Under the pieces are notes generated by a model. It saw nothing but the letters and a program-made list of their open reading frames with translations, made no database searches and was not told the DNA's origin. Positions 17,849-27,216 of a stretch of 64,000 nt of DNA are shown piece by piece. Source of the DNA: a virus; IMG/VR virus record IMGVR_UViG_3300045988_132745, positions 42,131 through 106,130 of that record; one strand, 5' to 3'. The position numbers and the translations under genes were made by a program. Position 1 is the first letter of the stretch. Each line of letters starts with the position of its first letter.

Positions 17849-18223
17849 ATGAACATGAGAGATTTTGTGATAAAGGCATTGCGAAACTACGGTTACCGCT
17901 TTCTTGAGAATCAGAGCGGTTGCTACACTTTTGGCAAACCGCTTGGCTACGGCATACTTCGTGCGGATGTGCGCGAGGGTGAAAACTCCGTAAGTGTCAT
18001 GCTGATTGTTAAAGGAAACGTGAAGGACGGCAAACGCCCGAATCAGATATGGCAGCGGACGAGCCAGGGCTTTCTGGAAGAACATGACAAACAGAAGATG
18101 TACGAGGCGTTAGTGCAAGCCGTTGCCGACTGTGAGGCAGACATCTTCTCTAAAACGCCTGTGGCTTGGTTGCAAAACCGAGACGTGAGATACGACTTCG
18201 AGGAGAATGTCCATATCGAGTAA
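17849..18223 (+). CDS. hypothetical protein, paralog of 10982-11353
   Basis: See 10982; same length class and shared motifs. Confidence 0.65.
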   Translation: MNMRDFVIKALRNYGYRFLENQSGCYTFGKPLGYGILRADVREGENSVSVMLIVKGNVKDGKRPNQIWQRTSQGFLEEHDKQKMYEALVQAVADCEADIFSKTPVAWLQNRDVRYDFEENVHIE

Positions 18224-18234
18224 AAGGAATAATC

Positions 18235-18242
18235 TACCTTTG
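18235..18242 (+). promoter_or_regulatory. Bacteroidota -7 promoter box (TAccTTTG)
   Basis: TAnnTTTG 70 nt upstream of ATG 18312. Confidence 0.45.
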
Positions 18243-18311
18243 CACAAGCATACGAAGAAAAAGGGACGGTCACAGTCGTCTGACTAAACAAAACTGCGTA
18301 ACATTTTATCT

Positions 18312-18665
18312 ATGATACAACATCAACACTGGGAAGATTCAATCCGAATACTCGTCACCGACGAGCAGCATCATGGCAGCATACAGGTGTTTATTCCTCA
18401 CCGCACCGAAGACAAGCCTTTGGATGGCGCAGCTGATGCTCTCATCTACTCGCTGTGGGTGGACGAAGCTCACCGTGGTCATGAGGTGGCAAAACACCTG
18501 ATTGAGACCGTAGAGAGGGAGCTGAAGCGTTGCGGCATAGCGAACGTCGCAATATCGTGGGACGGACGCGACTCTCCCCTATGGGTGTTGCATTGGTACG
18601 AACGTTTGGGTTACGAAGAAAAGGCGTTAGGCCATCGATGCTGCACACTTCTCAAACGGCTGTAA
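18312..18665 (+). CDS. GNAT-family N-acetyltransferase
   Basis: LWVDEAHRGHEVAKHLIETVERELKRCG (acetyl-CoA motif A) and ...WYERLGYEE. Confidence 0.75.
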   Translation: MIQHQHWEDSIRILVTDEQHHGSIQVFIPHRTEDKPLDGAADALIYSLWVDEAHRGHEVAKHLIETVERELKRCGIANVAISWDGRDSPLWVLHWYERLGYEEKALGHRCCTLLKRL

Positions 18666-18688
18666 GGTACGCAACCCTTTTTATTAAT

Positions 18689-18700
18689 GAATTTATAGAG
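18689..18700 (+). promoter_or_regulatory. ATATAGAG leader motif, variant GAATTTATAGAG
   Basis: Ends 4 nt before ATG 18705. Confidence 0.4.
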
Positions 18701-18704
18701 AACA

Positions 18705-19349
18705 ATGAACATATTTATATCTACTTTTTTAGGCTGGGCATTCTTTCTTGGTGCCGTCTTCGGTTGGACATTCTTCCTCGCCTTTGTCGTTTGGCGTGTG
18801 CGGATAATGCACAAGGAACGTCTTGCTAAGAAAAGTCTGCGAAAGAGCGAGGAGAAGCGGAAGACCGACTCTGACGACATGCCTGTGCTCCTCACTCCGA
18901 AAGAGCGTCGCGAATACATGCTCAACCACATCGAGGACGGACGTTTTTACGCAATCTCGTCGCTCCGTGGCTCTGACACCACCATTGTGTGCGCTGAGCG
19001 ATATGATGCCGAAGAACAAAGGCTATATTGCTATGCTTACCTTTTGATAAGCGGACGTGGTGTGTATAATCTGCACATTAGTGACCCTCGCGGTATATTT
19101 AAATTACGCTATTTTATTGGTAACAATCCCCTGAACATCGACTTCGACTGTAATCCTCACCTCGTTGTCTTTGAAGAAGAGAACATTTCTCCGTATATCA
19201 CAGATAGAGACTACAACGACTTCGTGCAAAGCTTGCAAAAGGCTGGGGGCGATTGGAAGATTGAGAAGGGCGAAGATAACGGACTGGGCTCTTACAAATA
19301 TCTCTTGAAAGAAAACAATAACATAATAACAAATACAACAAGCAAATGA
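18705..19349 (+). CDS. N-terminally membrane-anchored protein, paralog A
   Basis: TM span then LLTPKERREYMLNHIEDGRFYAISSLRGSDTTIVCAERYD; about 170 bp nearly identical to 21215-21374. Confidence 0.65.
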   Translation: MNIFISTFLGWAFFLGAVFGWTFFLAFVVWRVRIMHKERLAKKSLRKSEEKRKTDSDDMPVLLTPKERREYMLNHIEDGRFYAISSLRGSDTTIVCAERYDAEEQRLYCYAYLLISGRGVYNLHISDPRGIFKLRYFIGNNPLNIDFDCNPHLVVFEEENISPYITDRDYNDFVQSLQKAGGDWKIEKGEDNGLGSYKYLLKENNNIITNTTSK

Positions 19350-19897
19350 AAACAAAAAACATTATTACGGCATCCATACTACTTGTAGTTGCCATCGTTA
19401 TCGGCTCATTGGTAGCCACCTACTTCAGTTACAACAACCGCGAGATTGCGCTGCGCCAACAGGCAGAGGCACAACGCGGAAAGATTGAGGGCGTACACGA
19501 CAAGATGTGGAAAATCATTCAGCAGAAGGCGCAGGTCACCGACGAGTATAAGCAGACCTTCGAGAAGATTTATCCGCAGCTCATTGCCGGACGCTATCAG
19601 AACGACCAGGGCACGATGATGAAGTGGATAAAGGAGAGCAACCCCAACTTTGATGTATCGCTCTACCGCGACCTCATGCAGGCCATTGAGATACAGCGTA
19701 CCGAGTTTCAGACCTCTCAGGAACGTATGCTTGACATCATCCGTGAGCACGAAACACTCACTCGCACCTATCCTGCCCGATGGTTTGTGTCGAACACCAT
19801 GCCTATCGAGTATAAGGTTATTTCGTCGTCGCGCTCCAAGGAAGTGATGACGGAAGGCGAAGACAACGACGTGGATCTGTTCGGCAAGAAAGAGTAA
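19346..19897 (+). CDS. N-terminally anchored membrane protein, weakly LemA-like
   Basis: ATGA overlap with the upstream gene; TM span followed by YNNREIALRQQAE... helical region reminiscent of LemA; weak call. Confidence 0.45.
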   Translation: MKTKNIITASILLVVAIVIGSLVATYFSYNNREIALRQQAEAQRGKIEGVHDKMWKIIQQKAQVTDEYKQTFEKIYPQLIAGRYQNDQGTMMKWIKESNPNFDVSLYRDLMQAIEIQRTEFQTSQERMLDIIREHETLTRTYPARWFVSNTMPIEYKVISSSRSKEVMTEGEDNDVDLFGKKE

Positions 19898-19903
19898 AGG
19901 CTT

Positions 19904-21001
19904 ATGGAACTACTCGTTTTTCTCATCCCCTTCTTTGTGTCGGCTGTGTTGCTACTGTTCTTCCGCAAGCAAACAACATGGTGGGAACATGCCATACTTA
20001 TCATCCCCTCGCTCCTTGTGGGTGCAGCGATGATATGGGCGTTTGAGCGCGTAGAGTCGAGCGACACAGAATACTTGGGCAGCTACGTCACGAAGATACG
20101 CTATTACGAGCCGTGGAATGAGCTTGTGAGGAAGACTCGCTCCTATACCGACTCGAAAGGGCATCGGCACACTCGAACCTACTATGTCACGGAGAATCAT
20201 CCAGAACATTGGACCTACTACGACCATTCGGGACGTGAGCGAAACTGTTCCAATGAAGACTTTTCGGCTATGAAGCGTCGCTTGTCGGTGGCTTCGGTGT
20301 TCGTGGATATGCACCGCCACTATTACACTCGTGATGGCGATGCGTATGAATACCGATGGAACGGTCAACCCGCTACGCTCTATTCCGTTACCCGTGAACA
20401 TGAATACGAGAACAAGGTGAAGGCTTCGCGCTCAGTGTTTAAGTTTGAGGACATCAGCGAAAAGGAGGCTCGCCGACTTGGTTTGCACGATTATCCCAAG
20501 ATACGGTTTTGCGACCAGTCGCCTATCATCGGAGCAAAGTTCTCTGCCCGTCAGGAACGAGCCATCCGCGTGCTCAACGCCCAGTACGGCCCGAAAAAGG
20601 AGTTTCGCCTTTATCTGCTATTCTATCGCAACAAGCCGCTATCCATTGCTGACCGACAACGCTCCTATTGGCAGGGAGGCAACAAGAACGAGCTTGTGGT
20701 GTGCGTAGGTCTTGACAGCCGTAACCGCGTGGTGTGGAGCGAAGCCTTCTCGTGGTGTGACTCGCCCGTGCTTGCCGTGAAGAGCCGCGACTGGTTTATG
20801 TCGCACCGTCTCGACCTCTGCGCCTTTGCCTCCTACATAGAACCCTTCGTGCAGAAGGAATGGAAGCGTAAGAATTTTGCCGACTTCAAATACCTCTCGG
20901 TAGAACTGAGCGACAAGCAATATTGGGGCATCATCCTCCTCATGCTCCTGCTCAACATCGGATTGAGCGTATGGGTGGTGAGGAACGGTTTTAGGAATTA
21001 G
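19904..21001 (+). CDS. membrane protein (two N-terminal TM spans and one C-terminal TM span)
   Basis: 365 aa; hydrophobic spans at both ends flank a soluble domain. Confidence 0.6.
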   Translation: MELLVFLIPFFVSAVLLLFFRKQTTWWEHAILIIPSLLVGAAMIWAFERVESSDTEYLGSYVTKIRYYEPWNELVRKTRSYTDSKGHRHTRTYYVTENHPEHWTYYDHSGRERNCSNEDFSAMKRRLSVASVFVDMHRHYYTRDGDAYEYRWNGQPATLYSVTREHEYENKVKASRSVFKFEDISEKEARRLGLHDYPKIRFCDQSPIIGAKFSARQERAIRVLNAQYGPKKEFRLYLLFYRNKPLSIADRQRSYWQGGNKNELVVCVGLDSRNRVVWSEAFSWCDSPVLAVKSRDWFMSHRLDLCAFASYIEPFVQKEWKRKNFADFKYLSVELSDKQYWGIILLMLLLNIGLSVWVVRNGFRN

Positions 21002-21023
21002 TAATAACAAAATAGAGAGAAAA

Positions 21024-21647
21024 ATGGAAACAATCTTATTGAAACACTTACTGTGCATGATGTGCGTGATAGGAGTAGTAACCCTTATCGCTTGCCTCTT
21101 TTGGCTGTGGCGCGAGTTCTTTCGTACCTGGAGAGAGAAGAAGGCAAAGCAAAAGGAGGGATGCCAACAGCAGAAAAAAACTACATGCCTGCCGGAGCCG
21201 CCTTTGCTCCTCACTCCGAAAGAGCGTCGCGAATACATGCTCAACCATATCGAGGACGGACGTTTTTACGCAATCTCGTCGCTCCGTGGCTCTGACACCA
21301 CCATTGTGTGCGCAGAGCGGTATGATACCGAAGAACAAATGCTGTATTGCTATGCTTACCTTTCGATAAGCGGAAGGGGGGATTATAATCTGCATATCAT
21401 CGCCCCTATCGGCAAGACCAAGTTTTGCGACTTCCTCGGCAAAAAACGACTGCGTATTGACCTCGACCTCATTCCTCGCTGCGTTGTCTTTGAAGAAGAG
21501 AACATTTCTCCGTATCTCGTAGATAGAGAATATAACACTTTCGTGCAGAGTTTGCAAGCGGCTGGATTCGACTGGAAGATTGAGAAGGGCGAAGATAACG
21601 GACTGGGCTCCCACAAATATCTCTTGAAAGAAACAAGAACAAAATAG
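21024..21647 (+). CDS. N-terminally membrane-anchored protein, paralog B
   Basis: Same architecture and near-identical core as 18705-19349. Confidence 0.65.
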   Translation: METILLKHLLCMMCVIGVVTLIACLFWLWREFFRTWREKKAKQKEGCQQQKKTTCLPEPPLLLTPKERREYMLNHIEDGRFYAISSLRGSDTTIVCAERYDTEEQMLYCYAYLSISGRGDYNLHIIAPIGKTKFCDFLGKKRLRIDLDLIPRCVVFEEENISPYLVDREYNTFVQSLQAAGFDWKIEKGEDNGLGSHKYLLKETRTK

Positions 21648-21686
21648 CAAGAAACAATTCAATAAAACAATTAAATTTCATTTCTT

Positions 21687-22505
21687 ATGAGAAAATTATT
21701 TTCAATTCTTTTTGCGTTTGTCGCAGTAGTGATGTTATCCTCGTGCCGTTTTGTGTCGCCCGATGCCGACGAGGAAACCGTGTTGGTGAAGAAGCCTTGG
21801 TTCTTCGGACACGGAGGAGTAGACAACGACCCCGTTCAGAGTGGTCTGACATGGTGTGCCATGAGCACACGTGCCGAGACGTTCAAGATTGTTCCGGTAC
21901 GCCATGAGGTTGTTCTTGACGACATCTTCTCTGACGACAACACACCGCTTGACTTCCATTCTGTCATAGTCACTCAGGTGGAGCAAGGCAAGTCGCCCGT
22001 GCTGTTGTAGAACTATGGACGCGACTGGTTTAACACCAACCTCTACAACTACTTCTGCAATCTTGTCAGAGACCATATCTCGCAGTATAGTCCGTTCGAC
22101 TTGATGTCTAACCGTCAGGTATTGAGCACCATCGACAAGAAGATTCTGAAGCAGATGCAGGAGTACGTTGCTGCCCTCTCCAAGCACAAGCCGATGCCCG
22201 TCATCATCAAGGACGTTATCATCGGCAAGGCTACACCCAACAAGGAACAGCTTGCCGAAATGAACCGCACGGCAAAGATGGTACAGGCCAAGCAGACGCA
22301 GGAACGTGAATATGAGGTTCAGGTGGCTCGCGAGAAGGCCGAGCGCCAAAAGGCTGTGGCAGACAAGGCGTATATGAGCGAGATGAATCTTAGCCCGCAG
22401 CAGTTTATTCAGCTTAAATGGGTGGAGACGGTGGCTCAGAAGCAGGGCGCAAACATAGACGTGCTCGTAGGCCCGGCTGAGCACATGTGGAATATCAAAC
22501 GATAA
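21687..22505 (+). pseudogene. SPFH/band-7 lipoprotein interrupted by a single in-frame TAG (22008-22010)
   Basis: ORFs 21687-22010 and 22101-22505 share one frame with no other stop between them; lipobox MLSSC; SPFH-like core and QAKQTQEREYEVQVAREKAE helix span the stop. Confidence 0.6.
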
Positions 22506-22534
22506 AAAGTATATCAATCAAAAATAAAATAATT

Positions 22535-22948
22535 ATGAATATCATTTTTTCAACACTCATCGTGATTCTCATCATCCTGCTGTTCACCATCTTTGCAGCA
22601 TGGATAGACAAGTTCAACGCAAAGCACAAGGAGGCTTTCATTGAGGAAACTCTCGACCGTAAGGAGGCGTTCATTGAGAAAGCCATTGACAAGGTTTCAT
22701 CGCTCCTTACTTCCAAAATCGCCGTGGTGATGGATCAGTACAAAGCTGGTCCGTGGTATCTTGTGGTATATACCAAGGAAGCCAACCACCCTATATGGAT
22801 CTCTAACAACAATATCCGCAGCGTACACCCCGACCCGAAGAACCGCAAAATCATTATCAAGCAGTTCTGTAATGAGGATATGGTGATTGAGAACGTGGAG
22901 AACTACGAGTTGTGCTCGGCCAACGAAATGTGCGACTACGACATGTAG
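22535..22948 (+). CDS. N-terminally anchored membrane protein
   Basis: Internal ATG MNIIFSTLIVILIILLFTIFAAW chosen; 137 aa. Confidence 0.55.
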   Translation: MNIIFSTLIVILIILLFTIFAAWIDKFNAKHKEAFIEETLDRKEAFIEKAIDKVSSLLTSKIAVVMDQYKAGPWYLVVYTKEANHPIWISNNNIRSVHPDPKNRKIIIKQFCNEDMVIENVENYELCSANEMCDYDM

Positions 22949-23010
22949 ACGGGCGCAACTAACAATATACTTTGACTGGATGTTTCATTCGCAAATTTTA
23001 CTTTAGGCAT

Positions 23011-23046
23011 GGTCCTGTTGTCCGTGAGGATAGCAGGGCTTTTTGT
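23011..23046 (+). terminator. intrinsic terminator, conserved-apex family (GTGA tetraloop)
   Basis: ggtcctgttg-tcc-GTGA-gga-tagcagggct, then ttttgttt. Confidence 0.7.
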
Positions 23047-23091
23047 TTATTTTCACCCTGAGCATGTCCGCCCCTTCTCCCCGTCTTTCCT

Positions 23092-23099
23092 TAACTTTG
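23092..23099 (+). promoter_or_regulatory. Bacteroidota -7 promoter box (TAacTTTG)
   Basis: TAnnTTTG 37 nt upstream of ATG 23136. Confidence 0.5.
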
Positions 23100-23135
23100 C
23101 GCTATAGACATTCAACAAAACACATATTTATCACA

Positions 23136-24896
23136 ATGACAACAGTTAGCAACATCAGCGAGTTCCAACAGCGTAGTGAGGAGCTTCAGTCGCAAGGCTA
23201 CGAGGCCGTTCTGCCTGGCGCGTTCTGTGCGCCCAAGCAGGGAGGCAGCAACGTGTTTTCGTGGGGCGAGTACGTTCACCAGAAACTCACGGCTTCGGCT
23301 ACCATGCCCGGAGCGGAAGGCAATGCGGCAAGACGGGAGATTTCCGCTGTGTTCGGTTCATCGGGTGGCGAGAACAAAGCCGTGCCCGAAGGTGTGGGTA
23401 CACCAGGACTGGGATTTATGGAGTGGGGAGTGGGCAACCAACTGCCCAACCTCGTGTATCTGCTCTCCAAGATGTCGCCCTTCACAGCAGCGGGAGTGGA
23501 TTTCGTGAAAAAAATTCTCGTGGGTCGCGGACCATGCGCCAAGTATCACTATACGCAGTATGTCGGTGGCAATATCACCGAGAAGTCTATCCCCTACCCT
23601 TCGGCTGGCACCTTGCTCCGCGGGCAGATAGCCGACCTCAAGGCTAAGGAAAAGCAAATGTCAGATTCGGATAATCAATCTTCACAATCGGATAACCAAT
23701 TCTCAAAATCGGTTAATCAACTCTCACAATCGGCGAACAATTCTGATAGTGAAGACAGCGAAGAGATGAAGTCGCTCAAGGCGGCACTGAAAGAATGGGA
23801 GCGCACCGATGAGGAGTTGCAGGCGTTTGTTGAGAACAACGACCTCCACAATACCTACCTCGAAATGGCAGGCGATATGTCGCTCATGTCGCAATGCTTC
23901 TGCGAGTTGCAGCTTAACCAACGCCAGTTGGACGAGAACAAGCGCCCAGTGCCCACATCACGGTGGGATCCGAAGATTGTAGGCATAAAACCTCGCTCGG
24001 TGTTCACCACCCGACTGGAGCGAATGGACAGACAGTATCGCATCAACTATGCCTACCTCTCCAATCAATGGCTCGACTCCACACAGACGCTCACCGAAAC
24101 CGACCGTCGCATTGCTGCCGTGCCTTATCTCGCTGCCGACACAGCCGTCTCCGACCTCAACCGCCATGTGCGTGAGGCACGTCAGCAGCGAGTGAGCCGC
24201 AAGAACCGCCCCACACGCTTCATCATGTCGCCACGCGACTTCGGCGGGCCTTACTATGCCGATGCCCTTTGGCACAGCATCTTTGCCGGAAGCATTTTTG
24301 AGTATGCCTTTACTATTGTTGACGATCGTCTCACTCGCAAGCGCAACAGCAATATCATCGGTCGCGTAATCTACATTCACCAAGAATACCTCAAACACCT
24401 CTACACCCAGCAGGGCGAGAACAAGAGCAAGACGATGGCGCAGATTCAGCAGGAGGTGTTCACCGACATCAACCGCTGGCTGTCTAATCCCGACAACGCA
24501 GGTCAGGCTCTTATCTCTGCCGTGTTCACTGGCTTGGACGGCAAGGAGCACAAGGCGTGGGAGATTGTGGAGATTGAGAGCAAGGCAAACTCGCAAGCGC
24601 AAGCCGAGAAGACCGAGCTTCAGGAAATTTCTTCCATCATCTTCTTCGCCATGGGCCTTGACTCAAAACTCATAGGCAACACCCCAGGCGACGCTACATC
24701 ATCGGGCGGCACCGACCTCCGCGAGCGTTTCCTCGTAAAGCAGATACAGTTTGCACCATTGCAGCAGCTCATGCTCCGACCACTGGAGGTGATAAGCAAA
24801 TTCAATAAGTGGGACTCGCACCTTGTGTGGCAGATTGACCGCGAAGTGCTCACCACGCTGGATAACTCGAATACAGGGGTTACGAAGCAGGAATAG
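23136..24896 (+). CDS. portal-like virion protein (tentative)
   Basis: Start moved to MTTVSNISEF after the promoter box; C-terminal ...EISSIIFFAMGLDSKLIGNTPGDATSSGGTDLRERF... resembles the conserved portal stem region; Ser/Asp/Gln low-complexity insert. Confidence 0.45.
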   Translation: MTTVSNISEFQQRSEELQSQGYEAVLPGAFCAPKQGGSNVFSWGEYVHQKLTASATMPGAEGNAARREISAVFGSSGGENKAVPEGVGTPGLGFMEWGVGNQLPNLVYLLSKMSPFTAAGVDFVKKILVGRGPCAKYHYTQYVGGNITEKSIPYPSAGTLLRGQIADLKAKEKQMSDSDNQSSQSDNQFSKSVNQLSQSANNSDSEDSEEMKSLKAALKEWERTDEELQAFVENNDLHNTYLEMAGDMSLMSQCFCELQLNQRQLDENKRPVPTSRWDPKIVGIKPRSVFTTRLERMDRQYRINYAYLSNQWLDSTQTLTETDRRIAAVPYLAADTAVSDLNRHVREARQQRVSRKNRPTRFIMSPRDFGGPYYADALWHSIFAGSIFEYAFTIVDDRLTRKRNSNIIGRVIYIHQEYLKHLYTQQGENKSKTMAQIQQEVFTDINRWLSNPDNAGQALISAVFTGLDGKEHKAWEIVEIESKANSQAQAEKTELQEISSIIFFAMGLDSKLIGNTPGDATSSGGTDLRERFLVKQIQFAPLQQLMLRPLEVISKFNKWDSHLVWQIDREVLTTLDNSNTGVTKQE

Positions 24897-24903
24897 TAAC
24901 GAA

Positions 24904-24917
24904 CAAATGATATAGAG
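24904..24917 (+). promoter_or_regulatory. ATATAGAG leader motif, variant
   Basis: caaatgatatagag ends 1 nt before ATG 24919. Confidence 0.4.
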
Positions 24918-24918
24918 A

Positions 24919-25689
24919 ATGATTGAACTGAATAAGATATATAATGAAGACTGCCTCGAAGGAATGAAACGGATTCCAGACGGGAGCGTGGATTGCATTG
25001 TGTGCGATTTGCCGTATGAAGTTCTGAACAAAGGCAATGAAAAGGCACGATGGGATAACATTATCCCGATGGAGCCTCTATTCAAGGAATACTGGCGAAT
25101 AGCAAAAACTAACGCTCCTATTATTCTCTTCGGTCAAGGAATGTTTACGGCACAGCTAATGATGGCACAACCTGACACATGGCGATATAATCTAATTTGG
25201 CAAAAAGACCGACCTACAGGATTTCTCAATGCGAAGCGAATGCCTATGCGGAGCCATGAGGATATTGCTGTGTTCTATCGTGCGCTACCTACATACAATC
25301 CGCAGATGAGACAAGGTTTCCCCACTCACTCACGAGGGCATAAACACGGAAAAGCAAAGGGTAATGTCTGTTATGGCAACTATAATATTGAGACTTACTC
25401 AAAAGAAGCATCAACTGAAAAATATCCTATATCTGTATTGTTCTTCGACAAAGAAAAGAATCTTGATATGCACCCCACTCAAAAGCCCGTAGCTCTTATT
25501 CAGTACCTCATTCGCACTTACTCCAACGAGGGCGACACCATCTTAGACAACTGTATGGGTAGCGGCACCACCGCCATTGCAGCCATCCGCGAGAAGCGTA
25601 ACTTCATCGGCTTTGAGCTCAACAAGGAGTATTACGACAAGGCTTGTAAGCGCATCAAGTTGGAGCAAGCGCAGCTCAAGCTGTTCTGA
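24919..25689 (+). CDS. beta-class DNA methyltransferase (N6-adenine or N4-cytosine)
   Basis: Motif IV DCIVCDLPY is N-terminal to HPTQKPVAL and motif I LDNCMGSGTTAIAA; this order is typical of the PF01555 family. Confidence 0.85.
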   Translation: MIELNKIYNEDCLEGMKRIPDGSVDCIVCDLPYEVLNKGNEKARWDNIIPMEPLFKEYWRIAKTNAPIILFGQGMFTAQLMMAQPDTWRYNLIWQKDRPTGFLNAKRMPMRSHEDIAVFYRALPTYNPQMRQGFPTHSRGHKHGKAKGNVCYGNYNIETYSKEASTEKYPISVLFFDKEKNLDMHPTQKPVALIQYLIRTYSNEGDTILDNCMGSGTTAIAAIREKRNFIGFELNKEYYDKACKRIKLEQAQLKLF

Positions 25690-25717
25690 TTCAGAAAAAC
25701 TATATAAAGTGATTCTT

Positions 25718-26047
25718 ATGGCAAAGATTGTCTATTTTGGCACGAATGGTAGTAGCGGTCATACAGCAATAGGTATTGACGCTAATCTGAAAAACGATGA
25801 ATACAACAAGTGGTGTGAGTGTGACAACGACGGTTGGATAAATAAACTGTATAGCGAGCCAGAAAAGCGCACTCGTTATGTCCGTCATTACGATTTGATA
25901 TATACGGCTTATTCTATTCCAACGTCGCTTGATGACCATCGCTTAGGTTCGCATACCAATTTGTTTTGGGAAGGCTATCATTCGGAGCAGGAGATGGAAG
26001 AGTTTATCAAAAAAAACAGTTTCTTGAAAAAACAGTTTGGAATGTAA
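25718..26047 (+). CDS. hypothetical protein
   Basis: Internal ATG MAKIVYFG chosen to avoid overlap with the methylase. Confidence 0.5.
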   Translation: MAKIVYFGTNGSSGHTAIGIDANLKNDEYNKWCECDNDGWINKLYSEPEKRTRYVRHYDLIYTAYSIPTSLDDHRLGSHTNLFWEGYHSEQEMEEFIKKNSFLKKQFGM

Positions 26048-26054
26048 AAGACTT

Positions 26055-26121
26055 GGATAATTCAAAATTGAGTAATTCCTAATCGGCTTGCCGACAATTC
26101 AAAACTCAAAACTCAAAATTC
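26055..26121 (-). repeat. AATTCAAAA-arm element with central GC hairpin (copy 1, inverted)
   Basis: Its reverse complement aligns with the 58195-58272 copy; core cggcttgccg. Confidence 0.6.
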
Positions 26122-26130
26122 GCATAGCGT

Positions 26131-27186
26131 ATGATTTTATCAACAACCAAGGAGCTTCGGCTCCACATTCCCAGCAACGCCATCGACGAGATAAGTTCTC
26201 TTCAAGGCATACTCGACAACAGCGAGAAAGATTTTCTGCGCGACAAGTTGGGCGACTCGCTCTACAACCGATTGTGCGAGTACTATCAGACCGTTTCGCC
26301 CGACGACTTCTATATGGCAGTCTGTAACGGCGAGAACACTCAGCACCCCTGGATGCAACTCCTGCTTATGGCACAGCGCATGGTGACATACGATGCCATG
26401 TCGCGCTTCGTCTATACACAGGCTCTCTCTATCAACGGCACCGGCATCAACGTGGCTTCAAGCGACGATTACGGCACGGCATCCAAAGACCTCCTCGATA
26501 AGGGAGTGCAAGGCTACAAGCGCGAGGCAATGGTGTCGCTCAACCAAATGCTCGTGATGCTCGAAGGTTGGGCTAAGAAATGTGTCAAGAAACAGACTTC
26601 TGATGTACAGAAAACAGCCGAAAGCATACCGAATACCGACAATAGTGTACCGAATACGGACGAAAGTGTACAAACGACCGAGATTAAGGAAATCACGAAT
26701 CTCTGGAAAGAGAGTCAATACTATTACCTCCACCACGACCTTCTCATTGCCACATGTGCCGACCTTCAGCACTACCTCGACATCTACGAGAGCCGTGAGA
26801 AGTTCATCCGTCTTCTGCCCGACCTCCACTTCATTCAAGACGAATACATCAGTGAGGCTATTGGCGAGGACACGGTGCAGCGTCTGCTCCACACCGACGC
26901 CCCTGCCGACAAACCGCTTCTGCGTAAAGTACGCCGCCTGATGGTGGCCCACCTCGAAGAACGCACAACAATACTCACTATTGACAAGGCACGCCGAGCC
27001 GCTGCCCACAACGAGGCCATCTCCCTACGTTCCTCGGTGCTCCGGCTCATGGAAATGCGCAAGGCAGCGGCCGCTGCCAACAACACCCCAGACAAGCCCT
27101 CAACCAACACCACTGACTCAACAAGCAAAGGCTACGAGAACAACCAGCCAAACAGCAAGATATTCGTGTCGCCATTGCTGTACTAA
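26131..27186 (+). CDS. hypothetical virion-module protein
   Basis: 351-aa ORF. Confidence 0.6.
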   Translation: MILSTTKELRLHIPSNAIDEISSLQGILDNSEKDFLRDKLGDSLYNRLCEYYQTVSPDDFYMAVCNGENTQHPWMQLLLMAQRMVTYDAMSRFVYTQALSINGTGINVASSDDYGTASKDLLDKGVQGYKREAMVSLNQMLVMLEGWAKKCVKKQTSDVQKTAESIPNTDNSVPNTDESVQTTEIKEITNLWKESQYYYLHHDLLIATCADLQHYLDIYESREKFIRLLPDLHFIQDEYISEAIGEDTVQRLLHTDAPADKPLLRKVRRLMVAHLEERTTILTIDKARRAAAHNEAISLRSSVLRLMEMRKAAAAANNTPDKPSTNTTDSTSKGYENNQPNSKIFVSPLLY

Positions 27187-27216
27187 AGTTATTCGTCGGC
27201 AAAACAAAAAATAACT

